This document shows, in pieces, positions 53,460 to 64,000 of a stretch of DNA of 64,000 bases (its first letter is position 1; every line of letters begins with the position of its first letter). Source of the stretch: Lama guanicoe (taxonomy: Eukaryota). Under the pieces are notes generated by a model. It was not told where the DNA came from, ran no database searches, and saw only the letters and a program-made list of their open reading frames with translations. The position numbers were made by a program, and so were the translations under genes. Where the stretch lies: assembly GCA_013239625.1 (NCBI GenBank), contig MU053934.1, positions 4,296,399 through 4,360,398 of the forward strand, read 5' to 3'.

Positions 53460-54700
53460 ATTATTCATTTGTTTTTTCATTCCTTCTTTTGACTAATATT
53501 AGCTGAGCACCTCCTATAAGGTAGGCTTGGTCCGAGGCGCTGGGGGTACAAACTTGAGTAAGGTGCAGGGGGCTCCAAACCTCAAGGGATTATGTCACGG
53601 TGGAGGAAGACAGAAAGGAAATAAGAAAACACGGGAATGGGTAAGATAATTCCAGGTCAAGGCAGTTGCTGGGGGCAGATAACCAGAATGCTATAATAGA
53701 CTAGCAGGGTGGTTGGGAGCTGTTTTAAACAGGGTGCACAGAGCAGGTGCCTTCTGCACCGAGACAGAAAGGATGAGGAAAAGCCCTGGGAGAATCTTAG
53801 GGGAAGAGCTTTCTAGGCAGAGGTAACTCAAGTCCAAAGGCCCTGAGGCAGGAGAGAAGCTAAAAAAGAGAAGTGTGTCTGGGGAGCAAAGTGTGGGGGC
53901 AGGGAGGTCGTGAGAGCTAGTCATAGGCAGGAGTTTGGATTTTATATTAAGTACAAGACTCTGGGTGTGTGTTTTGGGGGGTAAGGAAGTTGAATCGAGG
54001 TGCCCTGCCTCCTGTTCAAAGCCTCCCTCCAGCACCTCTGAGGACACTGAAGGAAGGGAAGAAGGGTGAGGTCAGAAGTTTCATCCACTAGCCCGGTGGG
54101 GGGTGACAGTGGAGGGGGTGGGGATGGAGATTAACAGTGAGTTTGGAGGTAACACTGACTAGCAGGACTTGGTTATTGACTCGATGTTAGGAAAAAGAGG
54201 AATCAAGATACGCCCTTTGGTTTGGGCACAAGCTCACTGCTCGCTGGGTAAGCAGTGATGTGCTTTATTGAGCTGGGGAAACCGAGAAACATATGCTTTG
54301 GGGGGAAATAGCCCACAAAGAGTTCTGCGGGGAAGGTTAAGTGTACAGTGCCCATCAGATGACCAAGGGCAGCTGTCCAGCAGGAAGCGGGTATCTGAGT
54401 GTTGAGCTCGGGGAGCACCAGGGCTGGAGATGTGGGCTGTGTGCCCAGGGAGCACGTTGAGTCTCCTGGGGAGACAGTGGGTTGCACAGGGGAGGGCCCA
54501 GATCAAGAAGAGAGGAGCTGGGAAGCGAGCAGAAGCAGGAGGAAAACCATGGGTCGGGGTGTCACCACAGCAGGAGAGGAGAGCGTCTCTAGGAGGAGGC
54601 TGCCCTCAGCCTTGTCACTTGCTGCTGGGTGGAGGGGCAGGAGGAGCACTGAAAAATGTCCCTGTCTATCACGGGGATCATGGGTTGTCTTGGCAAGAAC
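53460..54700 (-). mobile_element. L2 LINE remnant(s)
   Basis: attcatttgtt...ctgagcacctcctataaggtaggc; gtccaaaggccctgaggcaggag; ggaatcaagata...gggctggagatgtg. Confidence 0.6.
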
Positions 54701-55769
54701 AGTTTCCCTAGAGTGGTGGGGACAGGGAATGTCGTGAGATGAACGCAGACAGGCGGCAGGGAACAGAACATGCAGAAGCGAACGTGCAGGAAACTTTTTG
54801 ATAGCCATATATTTACATCTATTTTTCTCCATGAAGGAGTGAAGAGAATGGAGGGGGCTGTGACTCAAAGGAGAGTTTTGGTTCTTAAAGGTGGTAGATC
54901 CCTGAGCCTGCGGTTTGCTGAAGGGAATGATCCAGCAGTGATGGTCAGGATGTGGAAAACCACAGAAGAAAGAGGGTGTGAGCCCAAGCACAGAAGGAAG
55001 GTTGGATTTTGAATGGGCGGACAGACCGAGGTGGACCATGGAGTCAGGAATTTTGTCCCTTTAGTTCAACGTATATCCAGCCCCTAGAAGAGCACGTGGC
55101 ACCTTGTAGGTGCTCAGTAAAATTTGTGCTGGATGAATGAATGCGGGTACCGAGGGAGGCAGGTATCTAGATGCAAGGTCAAAGCGAGGGGGCCTTTCTG
55201 CTTATCTTGGCTCAGGGAAGGGGTGGTGGGGTCACTAGTGCGGTCTGGGGATGGGGTGGGCTGGGGGCTGACATTCCGAGAGGAGCAGCGGTGCAGGAGA
55301 GGGGTCAGTCTCACTTTACAACAGAGATATCACAAGAATTTCTCATCCAGTTGACAACATCAAATGAATGATGCCCACCTTGCTGCCACCGAACTGCCAC
55401 TCTGCCTTTGCCATTAACTACGTTCCGAGATGCACTCGGATGTGTTTCTTTCTGGTGTTTTCCTCATCTCTACTTCTGGTCCGGGCTCACACCACACTCT
55501 TTTGGTGACAGTGGCTTTATAGCTTTTCTAGGTTTTAGTATATTGCAAGGGCCGCCTCACTTCCTCATTTCTTCACTTTCAACCACATTTCGTCTTTCGT
55601 TTGGACATAAATAACGATTTTTCTCAAAAAATAAAACTCTAAGAGCAATTGTGGTGATTCTGTTTGTACTTGTTTTGCATTTCTATTAATTTACTTGGAT
55701 AGTATATTGATGTCTTTTAGAAAACCCTTCTCCTCATTAAAAATATAAGCTTTGTAATTGTTTCCTTTA

Positions 55770-56227
55770 ATTTTTTTATTGGGGTCTAACTTGCAGTTAA
55801 GTGTAAAATCGTTGGCTTCTAGGTAGTAATAACCACCGCCCAGACTGAGGTGGGGTTATTTCCAGGATCCCAGATGGGGAATCCCTCATGTCCCCTCCCA
55901 GCTGTCCCCCTCCAGAGGGAACCCATATTAGGACTTCGATTACCACAGATTGATTTTGCCTGGTTTTGAACTTCATATAGATGGAATCAGAATGAACTCC
56001 TTTATATGTGACCTCTTTCCTTCCATCTTGCATCCGTGGAGCTCATCTGATGCTCACTGAAGGCTGGTGCTGCTGTGAGAAGTGAGGAAACTGTCTTCAA
56101 CAGCCTGTCCATCCTGACTCAGCTGTCCACCCACAAGGACAAATCGTTACCAGCCTCACGCAGCCCCTCCCGCACGGTCAGCCGCAGCTCCCCTCTGCCT
56201 TTCAGTTTTGCCAATTGTAATATGAAT
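55770..56227 (-). mobile_element. Old L1M 3' fragment abutting the left inverted-repeat arm
   Basis: ttttgcctggttttgaacttcatatagatggaatcagaatg and a T-rich tail at about 55770. Confidence 0.6.
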
Positions 56228-57397
56228 AGGTTTTGCTTTCCCTATTCTGACAGAGGCCCTTCCTGGACGCCACCAGGACTGACCATGGGTGGGCCAGTGA
56301 GGTCTGGGAGGGTGTGGTCATCTGGGCAACAGGGACCAGCAAGGCAGGCAGTGGAGGGACAGACAAAAGGACAGATGTCCATACCCTGGAGGAAGGCCTG
56401 GGCACAGCCCCCGGAGGACAAGCTCCAGGACAGCCATCGCTGAGTCTCCCACAGCAGCCGGCATGGGCCGTGGCCTGACCCAGGCTCCCTGGGGCCTGCT
56501 GGGCTGCTGGACCTGCCGGGTACCCAGCAGGGAGGGAGAATCTGGTCTCACAGGCAGGCCGCCACCTTCATCCTTGGTGAAGGGGAGGGAAGGGGGCACA
56601 CATGGGCTGAGCTCTCCTTCGGAGCCCCCATGTAAGGCCAGCAAACTGGACGTGGAGCATTTTCTCCCGTGACACAAGGAGAAAAGAACGGCTCTGGAGG
56701 GACTGGGCTTGGCCAGGACCGCACAGGGACAGATGGTTGTGGGATGTCCTCCCGCCTGAGAAAGCGTGGCCACCTGTGCTCTTCCTGTCCTGTGCAGGCC
56801 TGAGGAATGTGGGGACTGTGTGTTCCACCCCAAGGGTGACCCTGGCCCTAGTTGGCCCTGTCTGTCCCTGAGAGGCTGTCCTCTGTCCCACTGACTCCCC
56901 ATCCTAGGCTCCTCTTAGAGCCCCCTGTCCTGGCCCAGGGCTCCCTCCCAGGGGAGCTGGGCTACCCTCCAGGTCCCATCCTGGCTGCCCACACTGAGAA
57001 CCAGGCTGCTCACCACTCACATCCTGAGGGCGGAAACCTCGGCACAGTGTCCCCCTCCTTCTCAGGTGAGTGCCCCTCCTCATGGAGGGTGCCCTCCACC
57101 CCTGCCTTCACCCCTGCACTGAGGCCCCTCCCATCCCCTCTGTTCTCTAGACCTGGTCCCTTGAGAGCAGGCATTGTCCCCCAAGTGGTGACTCAGCACC
57201 CATTTTTGTCACAGGTGGCTTCTGAGTGAGAATGGACCTGGAGTGTGGTGTGTCCTGACCGGTGCCTACACTTCCTGGGTCACAGTCTGCACACAGGGCA
57301 GACCCTGCATACCCAGTGGTTTCCAGTCCTCTGGAGCTGGAGATGGTTTCTCTACAAGGATCGCGTTTGCAGACACTGGACTGGGGTCCCTGAGAAT
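56228..57397 (-). repeat. Outer inverted repeat, left arm (1170 bp)
   Basis: Reverse complement of 61255-62424. Paired positions sum to 118652 throughout. Mirror ORFs are identical (56568-56891 vs 61761-62084) or differ at 2 aa (56852-57229 vs 61423-61800). Confidence 0.97.
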
Positions 57398-57434
57398 CAC
57401 TAGGACAGGGTGGTCTCAGAATTTCTGAGACCAG

Positions 57435-57945
57435 GGCCCGGAAGTGGGGGCCCTGGGGTGACGGGGGGCAGGTCTGCTGGAACCTGCTCCCCCAGCACAG
57501 AGCAGGGGACCCTTCTCCTAGGGTAAGACAGCCTGCTCTCTACCTGGGTTGCCCGCTTTGTCCAGAGGGACTACAACTTGACCTTTTGGCCACTTGCCTC
57601 CAGGAATCCAGGGGTGGCTGCTGTCAGAGCCCAGAAATCAAAACCAGAGGAGCGGGTTTGGTGAATTTCCTCCCACAAACCGCTCTTGAGAAGTGTCGAC
57701 ATCCTCTGACGTTGGTCACAGCTGAGATAGTCTGGGTGTGTCTGGGAATCCTGAGGAGGCTTCTTTTTGCCAGTTCCCTTAGTGTGCGATTACGTGTGCT
57801 GTGTGTTTGGGCTGGGCATGGCTGGGCCTCTCTGCCCAGACAAGCTGTGTGCAAGGCCTGTCCTTTTTGTTGTTGTTGTTGTCATTTTTCTGGTTTCTGC
57901 AGTCCCAGGACATCCTGAGGAGAGCCACCTGATGTAATCACACCA
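57435..57945 (+). repeat. Inner, diverged inverted repeat, left arm
   Basis: Reverse-complement homology with 59090-59580, including a 24-bp exact match tgtcagagcccagaaatcaaaacc (57622-57645 vs 59367-59390). Confidence 0.85.
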
Positions 57946-59089
57946 GGGGTCACAGTTCAGAGATGGAGGCAAGAGGTTTAGCCTCCCCGCAGCGCGGAGG
58001 AGCAGGTGTTGGCTGAGACAGGGCACACACTGGGGTCCCTCTCTCTTTTCTATCCTGGGAATTCTCCCGACTTGGGACCCCCCTGCTCAGGATCCTGCTC
58101 CGCTCGCACTACCAGGGTGTGTTCCAGGCCCCTCCTCTGTGACTCTGCCACCCACCAGCCCGTGACCCTCAGCACAGTGTAAACACTGGACAGTTGGCTC
58201 ATATTATTGCTATTATTCACTTCACCAGGGTTCACCTGCTCGAGAGAGACACAGATGGTCAGGGAGAGAAAAGCCAGCACACCTGGCTTCCTTTGCTTCT
58301 GGGACAAGTCTGACCACCACCCCGGCCCAGGCCCTCTCACCCCCACTTGAGTCCTCTGAGGAAAGTGTCCAGAGGCTGTTTCTTTTACTCAGGCTCTGAC
58401 AACCTGATGTTGTTCCAGACAGTGGTGGCTGTCACCTCACTGAGTTCTGGGCCAATGAGGGTGTGGCTCTGTTCTGGGAGGGTGGTCTTGCTGGTGGTCT
58501 TCTGGATCGATTTCTGGGTCCATCTCAGCTTCCTCTGCTGTGCATACAGTAGGTGCTCAGTGTGTGTGCAAATTTAACAACTTGCAAAGACTCTGGGGGT
58601 GAGGTCTCAGTTGGGGTTGGAAAGCAGGATCCGACTTCCGTCCCAGGCTCTCAGAAGGAGAGGGATGTCAGCTGATGGTAATAGCGCGAGTGTCCTGGGT
58701 GCCCGCTCTGCGCCGCCTGACTGTTCTCTCGCGGGCCCTTTTCTTATGGTGTCTTCTTCGACACAGAAATGTTCATTCTATAAAGTGAGCAATGCTGTCA
58801 GGATCCGGGCCCCCTCCTCTGCTCCCCCAGCTCAGATCTCCACACTTGTCTCCTCCTGCTGGTCTCCTTGGGCTCCCGGATGGCTGCCCACCTCCAGACA
58901 TCAGTCTCATCCCAGGGCAAACCCCGGACCTTAGCGTCTGCCAGAGGGGAGAGGCTGGCAGCCCCGGAGCGAGAGGCTCTGGGAGCAGAGACCACAGTGC
59001 CAGAGCCACAGAGAGGTCAGGGCCTGGCTCAGCTGTGTCTGTCCCAGGGGCTTCTGCACTTCTTCCTGCCTGTGACATGTGGCTGTTTG

Positions 59090-59580
59090 CTTGATTACAG
59101 ATGATGGTCCCATCTCCAGCTGTTCTGTGGGACCTCAGGTACCACATATGTGACAAAGATTAGGCCTGGCACACAGCTGTGCCTGAGCAAATAGACCCAA
59201 CCACAGCCCTGACCCACAAGGAACACACACACAGAGTGACTGGACAGAAACATTTTCGGGTTCCCCAAACATACCCAGACTACCTCAGCTCTGATTAAAA
59301 TCAGAGGATGTAACACCTCCCAAGGGCAGTTTGCGGGAAGAAATTTATCATCAAATAAGCTCCTTCGGTTTTGATTTCTGGGCTCTGACATCAGCCGCTC
59401 TCAATTCCTGGAAACAAGTGACCAAAAAAATCCACAAAGTGGCCCCTCTGGGCAAAGAGGGCAGGTAGAGAATAGGTGGTCTTACACTGGGAGTAGGGTC
59501 CCCTACTCTGTGCTGGGGGAGGGCAAGTTCCATGCAGACCTGCCCCCACCTCCCTGGGGCCCCCACTCCCAGGGCTCCAT
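59090..59580 (-). repeat. Inner, diverged inverted repeat, right arm
   Basis: Mirror of 57435-57945. Shared blocks include cccccagcacagag(c/t)aggggaccct and gctgag(a/g)tagtctgggt(g/a)tgt. Confidence 0.85.
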
Positions 59581-61254
59581 CTCCCCAGGTCCCACATCTC
59601 ACCAGGGCTCTAGCCCCCTAGGGGTCCATCTCCTCAGGCCCTGGTTTCAGAGCTTCACCCATGACACAGGGGCCCTGAGGTGCAGGAGAGGGGATGTGAC
59701 ACAGCCTGGGGACACTGCTGGGACCTGGGCTAGGCACAGGCAGCCTGTCCTACATCCTCCTCTAGGGAGGGAGGGGCACCCACAGGAGGGCAGAGCTGGG
59801 ACCATGCATGGAGCAGCCTGGCCCGAACTCCAGAAACTGACAAGACCATTTATTCCAGTCCCGAGGCACTTGGGCTGAGTGGCCCTGTCCCCTCCCTTTG
59901 GCCCATTGTCTCTCTGACCCCAGTCTGGGCTCCCCCCTGGGGCACCCTACCTGTTCCCAGTTTTCCTGACAAGGGAAAGGGACAAATCCTGGCACAGCGT
60001 GCACCTGCTCAGGGGACCACTCCCCTCTCACACAACTTTCTCTCTCCTTGGGGGACCAGGTCCTTCCTTCTTTTCTGGGACCTTCCCAGACTTCGGTGGA
60101 AAATTCCAGCAGGACGTAGGAATTTTTTCACATTTTCACTCCACGTGACAGAGGTGGACATGGGGGAGGGGCTGTCATTCCCCAGAAAGGATGTGATTTC
60201 TTTTCTTCTTTCTTCTTACCTCATGGACTGAGCGGCACATTTTCATCTCATCATCACGTGAGTGGTGTCGAGTGCTGCTTTTGGACTGAGTTCATCACTA
60301 CGCTCTGTTGATGCCTTTACAAAACCACATCCCCCCTGGCGTCAGGAAGACCGTGATGGGGTGTGTGGGTGTCTGGGAGCATGTGGGAAGATGCTGGGAG
60401 GAATGAGAAGGGTAAGGGGAGGAGAAGAGAGGGGTGAAGATCACCCAAGCCTGAGTTGGTGGCTTTTCAACCTCCTGCCCCTTCTCCCTATGACTCAGGT
60501 GACTCATAACATAAAACATTTGGGAGAAAGTCAAACACTGTTACATGTGACATCCCTCTAATATTTACAGAAGGTGGATTCTCTTAGCTGCTTGTGTGCT
60601 GGCTAGTCACAGCAACACAGCCTCCCTAGATGTGGAGATATGCTTGGTCAGCTCATCTGCATTGGAGAGGAGCAAGTGGCCCTCAGCTGGACCAGAATGT
60701 CCAGGGGTGACTGGCCAGACTGGGGTATGAGGAGCAGGGAAGGAGGGGATGTTGGAGAACATTCCAGGAGAGGAGACCTCAGAGCTATTGGCTGAGGTGG
60801 TAGACTGGTGGGGAGACCTCCCCTGGGGATGCGGGAGCCAAGTGCTCTCCCTACAATGGAGCCCCTTCCTTGGTCTCCCCACAAGATGCTCCACACATCC
60901 TGGAGGGGCAGGTGATGGGGAGCTGAGCCCGGTGAGATGCTGGTGTGCTGGCTGCTGGAGCCACCTAGGAAGGGCCGGGGCAGGCCTGAAGGCTCAGCCC
61001 TCGGAGGGGAGGGTCCCTCAGGGCACCAGGGCTTAGGAGGAGCCCTGGACTCAGGGTCACCCTCTGCCCCCAGCACCAGGCTTCATGCACCAGAGACCCT
61101 CCCTCAGAAACCTTTGGGGCACCAGGGAGCCAGAAGCACTTAGTGGGTTGAGCGACTGGAGGAGACTTTAGGGGTGCCAGAGGAGAGCTTGGTCTGGGTC
61201 AGGACCTCATTCTCCCTCCCTGGAATGCAACAGCTGGGGGATGGTGTTGGGGAA

Positions 61255-62424
61255 ATACTCAGGGACCCCAGCCTGGTCTCTGCAACCCTGATCCTTGTAG
61301 AGAAATCATCTCCAGCTCCAGAGGACTGGAAACCACTGGGTGTGCAGGGTCTGCCCTGTGTGCAGACTGTGACCCAGGAAGTGTTGGCACCGGTCAGGAC
61401 ACACCACACTCCAGGTCCATTCTCACTCAGAAGCCACCTGTGACAAAAATGGGTGCTGAGTCACCACTTGGGGGACAATGCCTGCTCTCAAGGGACCAGG
61501 TCTAGAGGACAGAGGGGATGGGAGGGGCCTCAGTGCAGGGGTGAAGGCAGGGGTGGAGGGCACCCTCCATGAGGAGGGGCACTCACCTGAGAAGGAGGGG
61601 GACACTGTGCCGAGGTTTCCGCCCTCAGGATGTGAGTGGTGAGCAGCCTGGTTCTCAGTGTGGGCAGCCAGGGTGGGACCTGGAGGGTAGCCCAGCTCCC
61701 CTGGGAGGGAGCCCTGGGCCAGGACAGGGGGCTCTAAGAGGAGCCTAGGATGGGGAGTCAGTGGGACAGAGGACAGCCTCTCAGGGACAGACAGGGCCAA
61801 CTAGGGCCAGGGTCACCCTTGGGGTGGAACACACAGTCCCCACATTCCTCAGGCCTGCACAGGACAGGAAGAGCACAGGTGGCCACGCTTTCTCAGGCGG
61901 GAGGACATCCCACAACCATCTGTCCCTGTGCGGTCCTGGCCAAGCCCAGTCCCTCCAGAGCCGTTCTTTTCTCCTTGTGTCACGGGAGAAAATGCTCCAC
62001 GTCCAGTTTGCTGGCCTTACATGGGGGCTCCGAAGGAGAGCTCAGCCCATGTGTGCCCCCTTCCCTCCCCTTCACCAAGGATGAAGGTGGCGGCCTGCCT
62101 GTGAGACCAGATTCTCCCTCCCTGCTGGGTACCCGGCAGGTCCAGCAGCCCAGCAGGCCCCAGGGAGCCTGGGTCAGGCCACGGCCCATGCCGGCTGCTG
62201 TGGGAGACTCAGCGATGGCTGTCCTGGAGCTTGTCCTCCGGGGGCTGTGCCCAGGCCTTCCTCCAGGGTATGGACATCTGTCCTTTTGTCTGTCCCTCCA
62301 CTGCCTGCCTTGCTAGTACCTGTTGCCCAGATGACCACACCCTCCCAGACCTCACTGGCCCACCCATGGTCAGTCCTGGTGGTGTCCAGGAAGGGCCTCT
62401 GTCAGAAAAGGGAAAGTAAAACCT
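61255..62424 (+). repeat. Outer inverted repeat, right arm (1170 bp), forming the APOBEC3Z1 upstream region
   Basis: Reverse complement of 56228-57397. Ends about 150 bp before the TATA box. Confidence 0.97.
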
Positions 62425-62676
62425 GAACTTGTCTGTGAGGGCATAGGGTGTGACATCTGGGCAGAGAAGTTCCTTATTCTGCAACACACACATGGGTGGC
62501 ATGAGTGGCCTGCTTTCAGGAAGGGGTGAGGTCCAATTCTGCTGACACAGCACTTCCCTGTGCTCTGATGATATATAAGGCTTCTGATGCTAGAAGAGCC
62601 TCAGGGACGAGGAGACAGTCTGTGACTAGGCACAGGAGGGGAGGACCCAGAGTCAAGGACAGTGAAGGGTGGACAC
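62400..62676 (+). promoter_or_regulatory. APOBEC3Z1 proximal promoter and 5' UTR
   Basis: TATATAA at 62572-62578 within tgctctgatgatatataaggct, which resembles my recall of the human APOBEC3A 5' region. IRF/ISRE-like GAAAAGGGAAAGT at 62405-62417, MARE/ARE-like TGCTGACACAGCA at 62540-62552, ETS-like CACTTCC at 62551-62557. Confidence 0.7.
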
Positions 62677-62690
62677 ATGGCCAGGGCCAG
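62677..62690 (+). CDS. APOBEC3Z1: APOBEC3Z1 exon 1 coding part (14 nt, MARAR)
   Basis: cacATG GCC AGG GCC AG|gtacca. The phase-2 donor matches the next exon's acceptor and gives an in-frame MARARCLMDEHTF, the same layout as APOBEC3A exon 1. Confidence 0.7.
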
Positions 62691-63011
62691 GTACCACACC
62701 ACAGGGCAATGGCGCAGTGGGAGCCAGGACAGGGGCGGGATGGTGACAAGAGGCTGTGACCCAGTTCTACTCCAGGCAGAGGGACAGGCCCTCATCAAGG
62801 CTCTGAGTGCCCTGCATTGGTCCTGGGGAGACCCTGACAAAAGGATGGGCTGACTTCCCCCAGAGCCCCCAGCAGGAGTCAGAGAGGGAGGCCTGTTGGC
62901 TTCAGCAGAGATGTGGGGTACAGGAGAAGGGGTGTAGGGTGGAGGGGAGGAGCGATGAGCAGTCCCAGGAAGAGCCCTGTGTCTTCAGGCTTCTCTCACC
63001 TTTGTCCGCAG

Positions 63012-63156
63012 GTGCCTGATGGATGAACACACCTTCACCCACAACTTCCCTAATCATAAAAGGACTCGCAAGACCTACCTGTGCTATGAGGTGGAGATCC
63101 TATGTGGTGATTCTGGGCTCCCTCCAGACGAGGACAAGGGCTTCCTGTGCAACAAG
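63012..63156 (+). CDS. APOBEC3Z1: APOBEC3Z1 (APOBEC3A-type cytidine deaminase) exon 2 (145 nt); the catalytic exon lies beyond the window
   Basis: Polypyrimidine tract and cag| acceptor, |gtaggc donor. Encodes CLMDEHTFTHNFPNHKRTRKTYLCYEVEILCGDSGLPPDEDKGFLCNK. The MD..TFT.NF, KTYLCYEVE and KGFL.NK motifs fit Z1-type A3. It is the first A3 gene after CBX6, as in other mammals. Confidence 0.92.
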
Positions 63157-64000
63157 GTAGGCAGTCCAACCCCTCCGAGGCAGGCAGGGCCTCCCTATCA
63201 CGGGACATTCAGGGTGGAGGGTTGTCAGTTGGACACGGGGTGTCCCACAAGCTCTCTCACCTTTGGTCCCTACACCTGCTACCACTGCTCTCCTGAAGTC
63301 TGGTGGGGACTGTTTCTGCTGTGACTGCTGGCTTCCAGACCACATGTCAGAAGCCAGTCACAGCAACCCAGGGCCTGGCACCTCCAGTCCAGGGTCTCCC
63401 CAGGCTCCAGGGCTTGGCCACTCTCTATCTGCTGTGCTTCTGAGGAGAGGTGGAGAAAGAGGAAAAGGTATCTGGACAAGGGGCCAGGCTCTTCCCTGGA
63501 TTCCTCCTGGACAGCCTCTGACCAGGGAGCCCCAGTTCTCCATCAGTGCCCCCTCCAGTCAGTACAGGCTTGGACGGGCCTTGCAGGAACTCCGCCCACT
63601 GCTTGAGAGATCCTGGCAAGGGCGCTGGTGCCCACAACCCCACCGCCAGCTGCACTTGGCCCAGGGATGCCCCTCGGCACCCTGCCACCCATCACTCCCA
63701 CCCAAGGTCTCTGCACTAGCACAGTTGGCCTGACTTGTTCCCAGTTCCTGGTTGAAAGTCCTTCCCTGTGCTGTTTGGACAAATCTCCATAATCCTACGA
63801 GCCCCAGCAAACCCTTGGCGCCCTTCACCCCTTTCCTCCCTGCACAGTGAGCCCTTTTGGCCAGAGTCTGTATCATCCTTCAGCTCAGCACAGGGTGAAA
63901 GGTAAGAGGGGCTCTAGAAAACTCAGTGATCAAGATGAGTCATATTTTAATACAATAGTTTAAAAATCAATATAAATGCAATTCTATGATGAAAGAAATA

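Noticed and set aside
55000..56227. A second, inverted APOBEC3 gene beyond the left arm
   Set aside because: No TATA, exon 1 or KTYLCYE-type exon is visible on the minus strand. The arm runs into an old L1 fragment.
56318..57229. Paired identical ORFs in the two outer arms (up to 194 aa)
   Set aside because: The identity simply reflects the DNA duplication in all frames. There is no domain similarity or coding signature.
1..64000. CRISPR arrays, operons or other prokaryotic systems
   Set aside because: The DNA is mammalian, with spliceosomal introns and mammalian repeats. There are no repeat-spacer arrays.

Overview
This is mammalian genomic DNA, probably camelid (inferred from the SINE and L1 types). 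It covers the conserved NPTXR-CBX6-APOBEC3 synteny block. The minus strand carries the first coding exon of NPTXR (CUG start, runs off the left edge) and a complete five-exon CBX6 gene (416 aa, about 4.7 kb 3' UTR, strong-context uORF). The middle ~30 kb is mostly old repeats: L1, L2, MIR, MLT/ERVL LTRs, an ERVL dUTPase remnant and a hAT/Charlie transposase fossil. It also holds a rearranged NUDT4 processed pseudogene with an apparent twin-priming inversion and a piece of its own 3' UTR copied into the CDS. The right end contains the promoter, exon 1 and exon 2 of an APOBEC3Z1 (A3A-type) gene on the plus strand. Directly upstream of that promoter is a nested inverted duplication: near-identical 1.17 kb outer arms around much older inner arms and a motif-rich spacer. 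This is the most unusual structure in the window. Gene and repeat identities come from my recall of the reference sequences, not from a database search, and repeat boundaries are approximate.
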